Assembly (NCBI GenBank): GCA_964575955.1
Contig: CAZNTG010000003.1
Span: forward strand, 1-64,000
DNA: 64,000 nt
Origin: an uncultured Thermoproteaceae archaeon
GTDB taxonomy: Archaea > Thermoproteota > Thermoprotei > Thermoproteales > Thermocladiaceae
Direction of reading: 5' to 3'
This document shows positions 1-10,299 of the stretch, one piece after another (position 1 is the first letter of the stretch; every line of letters starts with the position of its first letter). The notes under the pieces were generated by a model. The model made no database searches. It was given only the letters and a program-made list of their open reading frames with translations, and was not told where the DNA came from. The translations under genes and the position numbers were made by a program.

Positions 1-156
1 TGGGTGTTTTTGTTTGTAGTGTTTGTATATGTTGTTTAGTGTTTTTAGTGCATTTTCTCCTTCTTCAATCTCTTCACCACAAAGCTTACACCTCAAACCC
101 TCCATAAACTCCTCACGCAAAACCTTAGCAACCTTAGACCAGGTTATTCTCACCAT
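1..156 (-). CDS. Small C2H2-type zinc-finger protein, 3' end truncated by window edge (not in ORF track)
   Basis: ATG at 154-156, open to position 1: MVRITWSKVAKVLREEFMEGLRCKLCGEEIEEGENALKTLNNIYKHYKQKHP, with CxxC...HxxxxH spacing. Confidence 0.65.
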   Translation of the reverse strand, partial: MVRITWSKVAKVLREEFMEGLRCKLCGEEIEEGENALKTLNNIYKHYKQKHP

Positions 157-344
157 CGAGTATCTTTGTGTATGTGAGCGTTTAAATATTCTTCAAATAT
201 TTTCAATGATGATAATTCTCTTTCTAAAAATCAGGGCTTGAACTGGATGTTCTCTTTTTAAAATCTATGTCATAATTCACAACACAGGTAGTATCTAGTA
301 AACTATCTATTCTTGATTTATTATGGAAAATCTTATCTCAAAAA

Positions 345-392
345 TCAGAGCAGTAGGACTCATCATTTATCTGTCCGTGATCCCATCATCAT
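345..392 (-). ncRNA. C/D-box 2'-O-methylation guide sRNA
   Basis: Minus strand: ATGATGA (C) TGGGATCACGGA CAGA (D') taa ATGATGA (C') GTCCTACTGCT CTGA (D), then a T-run; lies just downstream of the gch3 stop. Confidence 0.85.
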
Positions 393-396
393 CAGA

Positions 397-1128
397 TTAC
401 CTCTCTATAACTATCTCTAACCTATTTTCTAATCTTAACCTATCTAAAGCTTCTGTAGCTTTCTTCATAGCTTCCCTAGGAATCTTACTTACACCAATTC
501 CCATTCTAACTCTATGTTTTTTAGAGAATTCTCTCAATAATTCAAAACTGTCTTTTAGAACTTCAGGATTTACAACACCAATCATATTATCACCTCCAAG
601 ATATAGTGCTATTCCTCTCATACTTGATATCAATCTTCTAAATCTCCTATATAGAGTCATTATGTATTCATAAGTTTCATAGACAGTCTTTCTAGATAGT
701 AGTTTTATAGAATTTGCAAGATCTGCATGAATTATACATATATCAGACATGTCAGGAATATCTCCATAAGTTATTATGTGGTGAGAATTGTAGTTTGACA
801 TTAGTAGTCTAGAAGCAATTTTCTCAGCATTTCTAACATCTCTATGTACTGCTATAGACATCATTATTGGTGTTGGTGAATATTTTTGTAATTCTTCAAG
901 TATTTTAAAATGATCTTCAACTGTTAATCCATTTGTAAACGCTATCATGAGATCATACCTCAATGGATGAGCTATACCTCCCTTCTCAGAGAATAGTTTC
1001 ACAATAGTTCTATGTAGATTTCCCTGAACTTCCTGTATTATATGCTCTCTATCAAATCCTAAACTCTCAGTCCATTCTCTATATCCTACAAATTTAATTA
1101 AAGTGATCTGCACTAGCATAGACAACAC
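397..1128 (-). CDS. gch3: GTP cyclohydrolase III (IIa)
   Basis: GYREWTESLGFDREHIIQ, RYD and YLGGDN motifs. Confidence 0.9.
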   Translation of the reverse strand: MLSMLVQITLIKFVGYREWTESLGFDREHIIQEVQGNLHRTIVKLFSEKGGIAHPLRYDLMIAFTNGLTVEDHFKILEELQKYSPTPIMMSIAVHRDVRNAEKIASRLLMSNYNSHHIITYGDIPDMSDICIIHADLANSIKLLSRKTVYETYEYIMTLYRRFRRLISSMRGIALYLGGDNMIGVVNPEVLKDSFELLREFSKKHRVRMGIGVSKIPREAMKKATEALDRLRLENRLEIVIER

Positions 1129-1165
1129 ATTAACACTTTATAAATAGTGTCCGAACTAGCATAAT

Positions 1166-1912
1166 GTGCAGAAGATAGCTACATTCGATGTATGGGGTAC
1201 CTTGATAGTTCCTGATAGAGATAGATTTGTGAGAGAGCTTTGTCAATCAATTCAGAGAGAGTTAAGTAAGTATGGATATGACATATCTATAGATAAGATT
1301 ATTGAAGATTTTGATATTGTAGATAGAGAAATTAGAAAAAGAAGAAAAAATGAACTAACCTATATACCACCTGAAGAATCAGTTAAAAAACTTCTAGAAA
1401 AAATTCTTGAAAGACCTATAAGTATGAATATTGTTGATGATGTTGAAGATAGTATATGTAGAACAGTTTCAGAAACTGAAAGTGTGTATCCTGCAGATGG
1501 AGTATATGAAGTATTGAAGATGTTTAGAGATTTAGGATATAGAATTGCAATAGTTTCAAATGTAGTATTTTGGAGAAGTCGTGCAACTAGAAGACTTCTA
1601 AAGAGATTTAACTTAGATAAGTTCGATGTTGAGATATATGCAGATATTGTTAAAGAAGTAAAACCAAATACTAGAATGTTAAAATTTGTAGAAAATGAAC
1701 TAAATGGTGAAGTTGTTATTCATATTGGCGATAGCCTATTTGAAGATGTTGCAATGGCAATAGCATATGGTGTTAAGGCAGTATTTATTGATAGGAGAAG
1801 ACAAATCTTGAAGAATGGAGAATATAGTGTAGATCTAGGTGGTAGAGTTATAGTTGTTGATAAGATTAGGAGTATTCTAAAGCCAGAGATTATTAATATG
1901 ATTAAGATCTAG
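1166..1912 (+). CDS. HAD-superfamily hydrolase
   Basis: TFDVWGTL motif I, VSN, KP, HIGDSLFED. Confidence 0.9.
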   Translation: MQKIATFDVWGTLIVPDRDRFVRELCQSIQRELSKYGYDISIDKIIEDFDIVDREIRKRRKNELTYIPPEESVKKLLEKILERPISMNIVDDVEDSICRTVSETESVYPADGVYEVLKMFRDLGYRIAIVSNVVFWRSRATRRLLKRFNLDKFDVEIYADIVKEVKPNTRMLKFVENELNGEVVIHIGDSLFEDVAMAIAYGVKAVFIDRRRQILKNGEYSVDLGGRVIVVDKIRSILKPEIINMIKI

Positions 1913-1945
1913 AACTTATATACACCCTATATAGACATCACTAGC

Positions 1946-2614
1946 GTGGTTTTGAAACCTTTCAAATGTGTTAGAGGATGTGGATATTGCTGTAAGATTA
2001 GTCCAATAACGATATTTCCACATGAAGTACATATATTGAGAAGACTTGCAAATATGCTTAATAAAAGACTAATAATAAGACCTGGATATAAAATTGCAGA
2101 ACTTAGATCGAGAGTTAGAGTTGTCATATCGTACATAGTTGAGCTAGATCCAGATACAGGTACATGTCCATTCCTATCTGAAGATGATAGATGTCTAATA
2201 CATGATAAGTATAAACCTGTAACATGTAGAGCATTTCCAAGAGTTCCAAAAGTACTACAATACATAGTTGATAATGTTAATAGAAGTATATACTTCATGT
2301 ATGAGATTGGCATATCTAAAGCATGTCCTGAAGTTAGGAAGACATATACTGAAGAAGAACTTGAACTATTAAGTACAAATTCTGAACTAGCTAAGAAATT
2401 GATGCCTAATGAATATGAGGCATGTGAAGAATTTCTACATATAAGAAAGATCTATCTAGACTTACTAACAATATTGTGGAAACGTGGATTAGCAATATTT
2501 AGTGATGAAATAACTGCACCATGGCCATTAGTAAATGCGTACGATTTCATTAGACAATTCTACCCAGAAATAACTATACACACATTCACTAAAGGTAGAG
2601 AATTGAGAATATAG
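1946..2614 (+). CDS. YkgJ-family cysteine cluster (CxxxCxxCC) protein
   Basis: CVRGCGYCC, CPFL, CLIH..KPVTCRAFP. Confidence 0.85.
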   Translation: MVLKPFKCVRGCGYCCKISPITIFPHEVHILRRLANMLNKRLIIRPGYKIAELRSRVRVVISYIVELDPDTGTCPFLSEDDRCLIHDKYKPVTCRAFPRVPKVLQYIVDNVNRSIYFMYEIGISKACPEVRKTYTEEELELLSTNSELAKKLMPNEYEACEEFLHIRKIYLDLLTILWKRGLAIFSDEITAPWPLVNAYDFIRQFYPEITIHTFTKGRELRI

Positions 2615-3964
2615 ATGCCTAAGAGATCTAGATCTGAGATAGATAGGAAGATTGGTCTTGAATGGTATATAACAGATACTGAAGGTTCAGGTGGAAAAAT
2701 TAGGTGTAGAATTGAAGATTTCATAGTTGAAGAAATACTGCTAGATGGTACAGTTCTCTGGTCTTCAAATACTGGCAAGAATATAGAATTAAAATCGAAG
2801 GTAGGTGGTTGGTATTGGATTGTTATTGAGAAAAAGAAGATAGATACAATATCTATAAGTATTAAAATATCTAAAACACTTAATATAAATATAAGAGAGA
2901 TAACATATGCAGGACTTAAAGATACTGTAGCAATAGCAACACAGATATTCTCAATACCTGCTAAAGTAGGTATAGAAGATATTAAGAAGATCGAAGATGA
3001 TAGAATAAGTATTAAAGCTATAGTAAATATGGATAGACCATTCACATCACAAGAATTATGGGGCAACAGATTCACAATAGTTATTAGAGATGTTGAAAAT
3101 CTAGATATAATACATGAGACAGTTAAACAAGTACAGGAACGTGGACTACCAAACTACTATGGTTATCAGAGATTTGGTATTCAAAGACCAAATACTCACA
3201 TAGTAGGAAAACTGATAATTTTAAGAAAATTTGAAGATGCTATTAGAGAGCTAATTGGAATACCATGGTTTGAAGAAGATGAAAAAATTGCAAAAGCTAG
3301 AGAATACTTCCTGAAAGGAGACTATGCTAAAGCATTGGAATACTGGCCTAGAAGTTTGAGATTTTTACCTGAGAGAAAAGTTATAGAACATCTATATAAA
3401 AATCCTAGAGATTATGTTGGAGCATTGAGAAAATTACCTCCAGATCTATTAAAGCTATATATTGAAAGTTATCAATCATATCTATTTAACAAGTTGCTAA
3501 GTATGAGAATTGAATATGGATTATCTATAAAGTATGTAGATGTTGGTGATATTGCTGTTCTTCTAGATCATAATAAACTACCTACAAGACATATAATATA
3601 CATATCTTCAGAAAGTTTGAAAGATAGAGTAAATGAGCAAATTGATAGAGGAAGGATGTGTCTAGTACTTCCAGTGCCTGGATATGGTACAAGAATCTTA
3701 TCCGGAAAACAGTATGATATCCTTAAAAGATTGTTGAAAGATGAAGGAATTAGTTTAGAAATGTTTAAACTTGATGAAATACCTGAAGCTGATTGTCCAG
3801 GAACCATAAGACAAGCATCTATAAATCCAATAATTGAAAATTTAGAAATTGATCGAGATTCTAAATGTGTGAAGATTGTGTTTAGACTTGTACGTGGTAG
3901 TTATGCAACAGTTCTAATTAGAGAAATTATAAAACCTGAAGATCCTCTAAAAGCAGGTTTCTAA
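2615..3964 (+). CDS. truD: tRNA pseudouridine(13) synthase TruD
   Basis: EDFIVEE, YAGLKD, LWGNRF, PNYYGYQRFG, GSYAT. Confidence 0.95.
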   Translation: MPKRSRSEIDRKIGLEWYITDTEGSGGKIRCRIEDFIVEEILLDGTVLWSSNTGKNIELKSKVGGWYWIVIEKKKIDTISISIKISKTLNINIREITYAGLKDTVAIATQIFSIPAKVGIEDIKKIEDDRISIKAIVNMDRPFTSQELWGNRFTIVIRDVENLDIIHETVKQVQERGLPNYYGYQRFGIQRPNTHIVGKLIILRKFEDAIRELIGIPWFEEDEKIAKAREYFLKGDYAKALEYWPRSLRFLPERKVIEHLYKNPRDYVGALRKLPPDLLKLYIESYQSYLFNKLLSMRIEYGLSIKYVDVGDIAVLLDHNKLPTRHIIYISSESLKDRVNEQIDRGRMCLVLPVPGYGTRILSGKQYDILKRLLKDEGISLEMFKLDEIPEADCPGTIRQASINPIIENLEIDRDSKCVKIVFRLVRGSYATVLIREIIKPEDPLKAGF

Positions 3965-4743
3965 CCTCTACACAATCTTGCAGTTACACTAACTCTAGCA
4001 TTTACGAAGTATTTAGATGGTATTATTGTTGGACTTGTACCTGTTCTAACAGTTGCATACACTGTATATATGTATGGTACATATGTTCCAACTTCTTTAA
4101 TATTTACAATATCTATCTTACTCATATTCAATGTATTTGAAAGAACTTTCAATTTACTTAAAGCATCTTCTATGGCAAATTTTAAAGCTTTAGAATATAG
4201 TTTATCAATATTTTCAGACATGTAGTATAGTTTTAGAGTTACCATATCACTAACAAGTTTTGGTATAATTTTCGAAACTATGTATGTCTTATTTGAACTT
4301 ATTCTAGCTCTTATATAATACTCAACAAAATAACCCTGTAGTTTGTATGGATATTGATATGTTGGTGATATTTGTATAGTCTTAACCTCAACTTCAAAAC
4401 CATTTTCTAAGAGTAGTCTAACAATATCATTACCCTTATTCACAACGTCGTTATATATCTTCTCTAGATTCATGTCTGGTTTTGGATTTTTCACAACTAT
4501 GTCTAGAACTATGAATTGTGGAGTATATGATACATGTCCCTGACCATATACTGTAACTGTAATACAGTCTCTATTTGTCAATTCTAGATATGTGCTATTT
4601 CTAACGTCAGGTATGGTACTTACCTTACCTTCATTAATATTTTTAGCATTTTCCTGACCTAGAATTGATAGTATTAAGACAGCTAGTGCAAGTCCAAGTA
4701 CTATGCATATGGTTATTAGTAGTCTATTTGAAGATTTTTTCAT
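3961..4743 (-). CDS. SIMPL/DUF541-domain membrane-anchored protein
   Basis: N-terminal TM, ITVTVYGQG..P, ALKFAIEDALSK, C-terminal VNARVSV. Confidence 0.75.
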   Translation of the reverse strand: MKKSSNRLLITICIVLGLALAVLILSILGQENAKNINEGKVSTIPDVRNSTYLELTNRDCITVTVYGQGHVSYTPQFIVLDIVVKNPKPDMNLEKIYNDVVNKGNDIVRLLLENGFEVEVKTIQISPTYQYPYKLQGYFVEYYIRARISSNKTYIVSKIIPKLVSDMVTLKLYYMSENIDKLYSKALKFAIEDALSKLKVLSNTLNMSKIDIVNIKEVGTYVPYIYTVYATVRTGTSPTIIPSKYFVNARVSVTARLCRG

Positions 4744-4744
4744 T

Positions 4745-4770
4745 ATTGAGAATCTTACAGGATTCTCAAT
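4745..4770. promoter_or_regulatory. Perfect 10-6-10 inverted repeat between TATA box and start codon of the SIMPL gene
   Basis: ATTGAGAATC-ttacag-GATTCTCAAT; minus-strand TTTAAAA box immediately upstream. Confidence 0.5.
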
Positions 4771-4800
4771 TTTAAACCGTACCTACGTGGGAATTTTTTG

Positions 4801-7800
4801 CTATCTCCTCTCCTCTATAGGATCTCCAAGTATTAACTTAGGATATATTCCAAGACTAATCAACTCTTGAAGTAGTAGTTTAAATGCGTATGGTACAACT
4901 ACTTTAGCTATTCTACCTTTATCACCATGTATTGGACATATAGGCTTTCTAAGTTTTGCATCATACCACGCAATCATACCACAATCTTCACATACATACA
5001 TAACGTACTTATCACTTGACTCTACAAGTCTCTCTCTAAGTAGAGCAGCAGCTCCATGAGCAATTAGACAGTCACGCTCCATCTCACCTAGACGTAGACC
5101 ACCTTCTCTAGATCTACCCTCTGTTGGTTGTCTTGTCAATATCTGTACAGGACCTCTAGCTCTTGCATGTATCTTATCAGCAACCATGTGGTGTAGCTTC
5201 TGGTAGTATACTATTCCTATGAATATGTCAGCTTCAAGCTTCTCTCCTGTAATACCACTATACATGACTTCCTTACCATCCCATCTAAATCCAAGCTTGA
5301 TCAATGCTTCTTTAAGCTCATCCTCAGTAACACCTTCAAATGGTGTTGCATCAACTAGACAACCCTTCATTGCAGCTACCTTACCAGCCATAGACTCAAG
5401 TATCTGTCCAACAGTCATTCTACTTGGTAGTGCGTGTGGATTTACAATTATGTCAGGTATAATTCCATCCTCTGTAAATGGCATATCTTCCATAGGTAGT
5501 ATCATTCCAATAACACCCTTCTGACCATGCCTACTTGCAAACTTATCTCCAAGTTCAGGAATTCTCTCTTCTCTAACTTTAACTTTAACAAGCTTATAAC
5601 CTTCATTAGTCTCTGTAAGTATTACACTATCAACAATACCCTTCTCACCACGTCTAACAGTTACTGAGGAATCTCTTCTACGTAATGCACTTACAGCAGC
5701 CTCTACTAGAGATGTGTAGAATCTTGGTGGTGATGTCTTACCGATAAGTACCTCACCACTAGATACGAACACTTCTGGAGAAACTATACCATCCTCATCT
5801 AAGTGTGAATATGCTTCACTACCCTTATAATCCTTAACATCTGATGAAGGTATCTCAATCCTATCCTCTTCACCACCTGGATATCTAATCTCCTCAGCTT
5901 CGTAAGTTCTAAAGAAGAAGCTTCTATACATTCCACGTTCAATCGCTGCTTTAGACATTATTATTGCATCCTCCATATTATATCCAGTATATGTTAATAA
6001 TGCAACTACAGCATTTTGACCTGCTGGTCTCTTATCATATCCTACCAAACTTATACCCTTAGTTGTGACTAGTGGTCTCTCTGGATAAATCATGAAATGT
6101 CCACGACTATCCATTCTATATCTGAAGTTTGAAGTTGATAATCCAAGACTCTGCTTAGCCATTGCAGCCTCATATGTGTTTCTTGGTGCCTGATTATGTT
6201 CTAGGTATGGTATTATGTGTGCTATAGCTCCAAGAATTATTGATGGTATAATCTCAACATGAGTACACTTAGACAAGTCTTGACTAGGCTCAACACATAT
6301 TATAGCATTTTCCTCTTCATCAGCATCTAGATATTCAACAACACCTTCCTTAACAAGATCGCTCCACTTCATCTCACCCCTCTTCAATTTCTCAACATGT
6401 TCAGGAGTAAGTTTCAATTTTCCATTCTCCACAACTAGTACTGGTCTTCTAAGTCTACCACCATCACAGTTTACTCTAATCTCATTTCTATGTGGGAAAT
6501 ATGCAACATTAATCTCATGAGATATCAAGCCCTTTCTTCTCATCTGTCTAATAGTGTTTACAAGTTTTTCAGGTTCCTCATGAATACCTATCAATCTACC
6601 ATTTAGATACACCTCAGCACCTTTAATACCACTCTTCCTAGCTTCAAGTACGGGCTTAACACCTAGACTATATAGCTGTCTCTCAACCTCACTCTCATCA
6701 ATACCTACGGTTATGTTTGCTAATAATGCGAGATTCTTAACTAATCCACAATTCTGACCTTCTGGAGTCTCAATTGCACATAGTCTACCCCACTGTGTTG
6801 GATGTAGATCTCTAGCTTCAAAATGCGGCTGTGTTCTACTTAGACTAGATACAACTCTTCTCAAGTGACTAAGTGTTGATAGTCTGTTAGTTCTATCAAG
6901 CATCTGTGATACACCTGTTCTACCACCAACCCAATTACCTGTAGCTAATGCATGTCTTATCCTCTCAGTCAATATGTCAGCTCTTACAAGAGTTATTAAT
7001 TGTGGGATCTTTCCTCTAGTATATACTCTCTCAAGCTGTGATCTCAAATCTTGTAGTAATTGCTTAAATACAACTCTAAACAACTGTGTCATTAGTTCAC
7101 CAGCAATTCTAACTCTCTTATTAGCCATGTGATCTTTATCATCGGGTTTTCTCCTACCAAGAACCATCTCTACAATACCCTTAACAATCTGTCCTAGGAA
7201 TAGTGCCTTCTTCAGCCTAGTCTCTGGACTTGGATCAGTACCTAGATGTGGAAATAGATACCTATCAAGTATTTGCATAGCTCTTTCAATTCTAGCCTCT
7301 CTAGGAACACCAACAGCAACCTTACTACCAATAAAGTCTCTAGCAGCATCTACTGTGGGTGCAATATTTGATGAGTATAGTAGTGATGGAAATAGCTCTT
7401 TCTGAATTTCAATATCATCACTAACTGCAAGTACAATATCTTCATCAGTTTCTAATCCTAAAGCTCTCATAACTATTGGAAATGGTATTCTAGCAGGTAC
7501 AGCCCTCATACTAACATAGATTATACCATCCTTATGTCTCTCTACAATGATAGTACTTCTATATCCTGGACCCATAGATATGACCTTAGCAGTGTGTGTT
7601 ATTGATGCCTTTTCACCATAGTCGTAGAATGGTCTATTAGGTGCTAAATCTTCCTGAGTTACTAAAACTCTCTCACTACCATTAATTATGAAGTATCCAC
7701 CAAAATCTTCAGGATCTTCAAGCTTCTTAACAAGCTCTTCAGGTTTAAGACCATACAAGTTGCAGAATTTTGATCTAACCATTATCGGTAGATCTCCAAT

Positions 7801-8211
7801 ATAGACCTTCTCTCTACTAATCTCCTCACCATTTACATATAGTACCATGGTCAAGTATAGTGGTGCCGCATATGTTAGATTTCTAAGTCTAGCCTCTATT
7901 GGATATACAATATTTTCACTACCATCAACCTCCTTAACTCTAGGCTTACCAACCTCAATCTTCTCAAGCTTTACAAATAGACCACCAATCTCAGTCTCAA
8001 CTTTACCAACCTCATTAATCAACTTCTGCAATCTATTCTCAACAAAATCGTTGAAAGACTCTAACTGATGTCTAACAAGACCCCACTCTCTAATATATGC
8101 TTCAACAAGAGTCCACCTATCCTCATGAGTAGGGAATACTCCCTGAGTAGCTCTACGAGATCTCCATACAGGAAGTGGAACTATGTCAGGATTCTTCTGG
8201 TATGGAATCAT
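4801..8211 (-). CDS. rpoB: DNA-directed RNA polymerase subunit B (Rpo2), unsplit
   Basis: GGYFIINGSER, ETPEGQNCGL, GDKFASRHGQKG, GGLRLGEMERD, C-terminal zinc motif. Confidence 0.99.
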   Translation of the reverse strand: MIPYQKNPDIVPLPVWRSRRATQGVFPTHEDRWTLVEAYIREWGLVRHQLESFNDFVENRLQKLINEVGKVETEIGGLFVKLEKIEVGKPRVKEVDGSENIVYPIEARLRNLTYAAPLYLTMVLYVNGEEISREKVYIGDLPIMVRSKFCNLYGLKPEELVKKLEDPEDFGGYFIINGSERVLVTQEDLAPNRPFYDYGEKASITHTAKVISMGPGYRSTIIVERHKDGIIYVSMRAVPARIPFPIVMRALGLETDEDIVLAVSDDIEIQKELFPSLLYSSNIAPTVDAARDFIGSKVAVGVPREARIERAMQILDRYLFPHLGTDPSPETRLKKALFLGQIVKGIVEMVLGRRKPDDKDHMANKRVRIAGELMTQLFRVVFKQLLQDLRSQLERVYTRGKIPQLITLVRADILTERIRHALATGNWVGGRTGVSQMLDRTNRLSTLSHLRRVVSSLSRTQPHFEARDLHPTQWGRLCAIETPEGQNCGLVKNLALLANITVGIDESEVERQLYSLGVKPVLEARKSGIKGAEVYLNGRLIGIHEEPEKLVNTIRQMRRKGLISHEINVAYFPHRNEIRVNCDGGRLRRPVLVVENGKLKLTPEHVEKLKRGEMKWSDLVKEGVVEYLDADEEENAIICVEPSQDLSKCTHVEIIPSIILGAIAHIIPYLEHNQAPRNTYEAAMAKQSLGLSTSNFRYRMDSRGHFMIYPERPLVTTKGISLVGYDKRPAGQNAVVALLTYTGYNMEDAIIMSKAAIERGMYRSFFFRTYEAEEIRYPGGEEDRIEIPSSDVKDYKGSEAYSHLDEDGIVSPEVFVSSGEVLIGKTSPPRFYTSLVEAAVSALRRRDSSVTVRRGEKGIVDSVILTETNEGYKLVKVKVREERIPELGDKFASRHGQKGVIGMILPMEDMPFTEDGIIPDIIVNPHALPSRMTVGQILESMAGKVAAMKGCLVDATPFEGVTEDELKEALIKLGFRWDGKEVMYSGITGEKLEADIFIGIVYYQKLHHMVADKIHARARGPVQILTRQPTEGRSREGGLRLGEMERDCLIAHGAAALLRERLVESSDKYVMYVCEDCGMIAWYDAKLRKPICPIHGDKGRIAKVVVPYAFKLLLQELISLGIYPKLILGDPIEERR

Positions 8212-8295
8212 TAAATCAAGACTAGTCTCTAATGTTAAGGTTTAAATACATTTCTGAGACATTACAACTCTACAGATAGGTAGGGTAATACTATT

Positions 8296-10299
8296 ATGCC
8301 AGCACTATCAAGCACAGAATCACCAATAAAGATATACTACGTACCTGAAGTTAAATCATACTTCTTCAAGTATAGTATTGCTAAAAAATATGGAAATCCA
8401 ATAGATGTAACACTAAAATTTAAATTTTGGACAGATCCAAGACCATTAATACCAAACGATTTAAAAATACTTAAAGAAGTTTCTAACATAGATAGAGAGT
8501 TTATAGAAAAAATATTGAAAATAGTTAAAAAAGGTACAAGTATAGTAAATACAGTAAACGACCCAACACTAGACATGATATATGAATACATGACAAATGG
8601 AGAACATGTATGTACTGTTAATTATGACATGTTTAACAACAAATTCATAATAACTCTAGGAAAAGTAGCAACAGCATTAGCATATCTAGAAGGTTATAGA
8701 TATGTAAGATCAGAATTTAGAAAATTAGAGAAAGACACTATAGACCTTCCTAACAATACACCAATAATACTAGTAGATAGTAGAGATAGAATTTGGGGTT
8801 CAGGACTTGTAATTAATAGGAGAATCAGGATAGTTAGAATTTGGAATCCTGAAAATTCAGAAGATATTCTAGAAAGAGTAGATGTTAAAGGTGTAGATTA
8901 TAGAAAACTCTACGAGTATAATATAGATTATATTGAGGAAAGATTGAGAAAAGTTAAGAAGGTTGTTGAATATTTTGAGAGAAAACATTGTAAGAAAGGT
9001 ATATTAAGCTTCTCAGGAGGTAAAGATAGTCTTCTAGCACTACTACTATTAAAAGAAGCTGAATCAAATGTTGATGTAGTTCATGTACATATTGAACATG
9101 GAGATCCTGAAAAATTACAAGACTATATAGATTATGTAGAGTCTAAAGTTGGAGTAAAGATAAATAGAATACTAACTAAGTGGAGTTTTATTGAAAAATA
9201 TTTAAAAATATTAAATATGCCAAGTAGAGGATTTAGATGGTGTACACCACTTCTAAAATTTGTAAACATATTGAAATATGTAAAAGAACTCTACGGATTT
9301 CAAAATATTGTAAGTTATGTAGGTAGTAGAAAATCTGAAACAATTAAGAGAAGTATAAGACCAGCAACATACATAGATTCTGAAGCTGGACTTCTGACAC
9401 ATGCTGTATGTTATAAATTTCCAAAATTGTTAGAATATCTATACATATGGTATAGAGAGAAGATTAGACTATTTATAGACTATATGAATGGTATTGAGAG
9501 GCTAAGCTGTATAATATGTCCATTCAAATCTTGCCTAGAGATAAAGATTTGTGAAGAAAAATATAATGAAGATTTTCAATATTGGAAACCATACATATAT
9601 AAACTTTTGAAAAGTATTGTAAGAGATGAGAAAGATCTAGATAAGGCATATAGTGTACATTTATGGAGATTCTTCATGTTACATACAGATACGCAATACA
9701 TATCTGGAAAGTTAGGAATTAAGATATATGATCCATATACATGTCAATTAAAATCTTTAAACTATGTAGAGATTGTTAATATAGAGAAGAATGTAAAACC
9801 TTTGAAGGTTTTATTGAAAATCCCAATCGTTAATAATGATGTTAAGATTCTTCTAAATAACCTATCTACAATATTTAAACAAGACTTAAAGATTTATCTT
9901 AATGATAATATCTTGAATATATATGTACTTGATGTTAATTTGAGTATAGATATTTCAAGAGGATTTGTATATGCATGTTCTGAAAATGTTGAAAATATTA
10001 TAAATGTCTGTAAGGTAGTTTTTATGTCTCTATCCTGCACATCCTGTAGTCACTGTATATATAACTGTCCTGTTGACTGTATTGATATTCCATTTAGAGT
10101 TGATAAGGATAGATGTATATCCTGTCTAAGATGTCTTGATGCTTGTATACCGTCTAGATTTTTCTTCGATATGATACTCTATAGTGAGTTTACAAGTATT
10201 AAGAAGGCACGTGAGAGGATTGAAAGTATTAGAGAGAAGTATAAAGAGATCTTAATGAAAGCTAGAATTGAGAGTGGTCTAGATTGGCTTATGTGGTAA
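8296..10299 (+). CDS. PAPS-reductase-family (PP-loop) protein with C-terminal 2x[4Fe-4S] ferredoxin domain
   Basis: SFSGGKDS, RWCTPLLK, GSRKSE, RLSCIICP, CTSCSHCIYNCP and CISCLRCLDAC. Confidence 0.85.
   Translation: MPALSSTESPIKIYYVPEVKSYFFKYSIAKKYGNPIDVTLKFKFWTDPRPLIPNDLKILKEVSNIDREFIEKILKIVKKGTSIVNTVNDPTLDMIYEYMTNGEHVCTVNYDMFNNKFIITLGKVATALAYLEGYRYVRSEFRKLEKDTIDLPNNTPIILVDSRDRIWGSGLVINRRIRIVRIWNPENSEDILERVDVKGVDYRKLYEYNIDYIEERLRKVKKVVEYFERKHCKKGILSFSGGKDSLLALLLLKEAESNVDVVHVHIEHGDPEKLQDYIDYVESKVGVKINRILTKWSFIEKYLKILNMPSRGFRWCTPLLKFVNILKYVKELYGFQNIVSYVGSRKSETIKRSIRPATYIDSEAGLLTHAVCYKFPKLLEYLYIWYREKIRLFIDYMNGIERLSCIICPFKSCLEIKICEEKYNEDFQYWKPYIYKLLKSIVRDEKDLDKAYSVHLWRFFMLHTDTQYISGKLGIKIYDPYTCQLKSLNYVEIVNIEKNVKPLKVLLKIPIVNNDVKILLNNLSTIFKQDLKIYLNDNILNIYVLDVNLSIDISRGFVYACSENVENIINVCKVVFMSLSCTSCSHCIYNCPVDCIDIPFRVDKDRCISCLRCLDACIPSRFFFDMILYSEFTSIKKARERIESIREKYKEILMKARIESGLDWLMW

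Noticed and set aside
200-345. Additional C/D sRNA or repeat array (ATGATGA at 207; AAAAATCAGRGC twice)
   Set aside because: No complete C-D'-C'-D arrangement, and the repeats are short and AT-rich.
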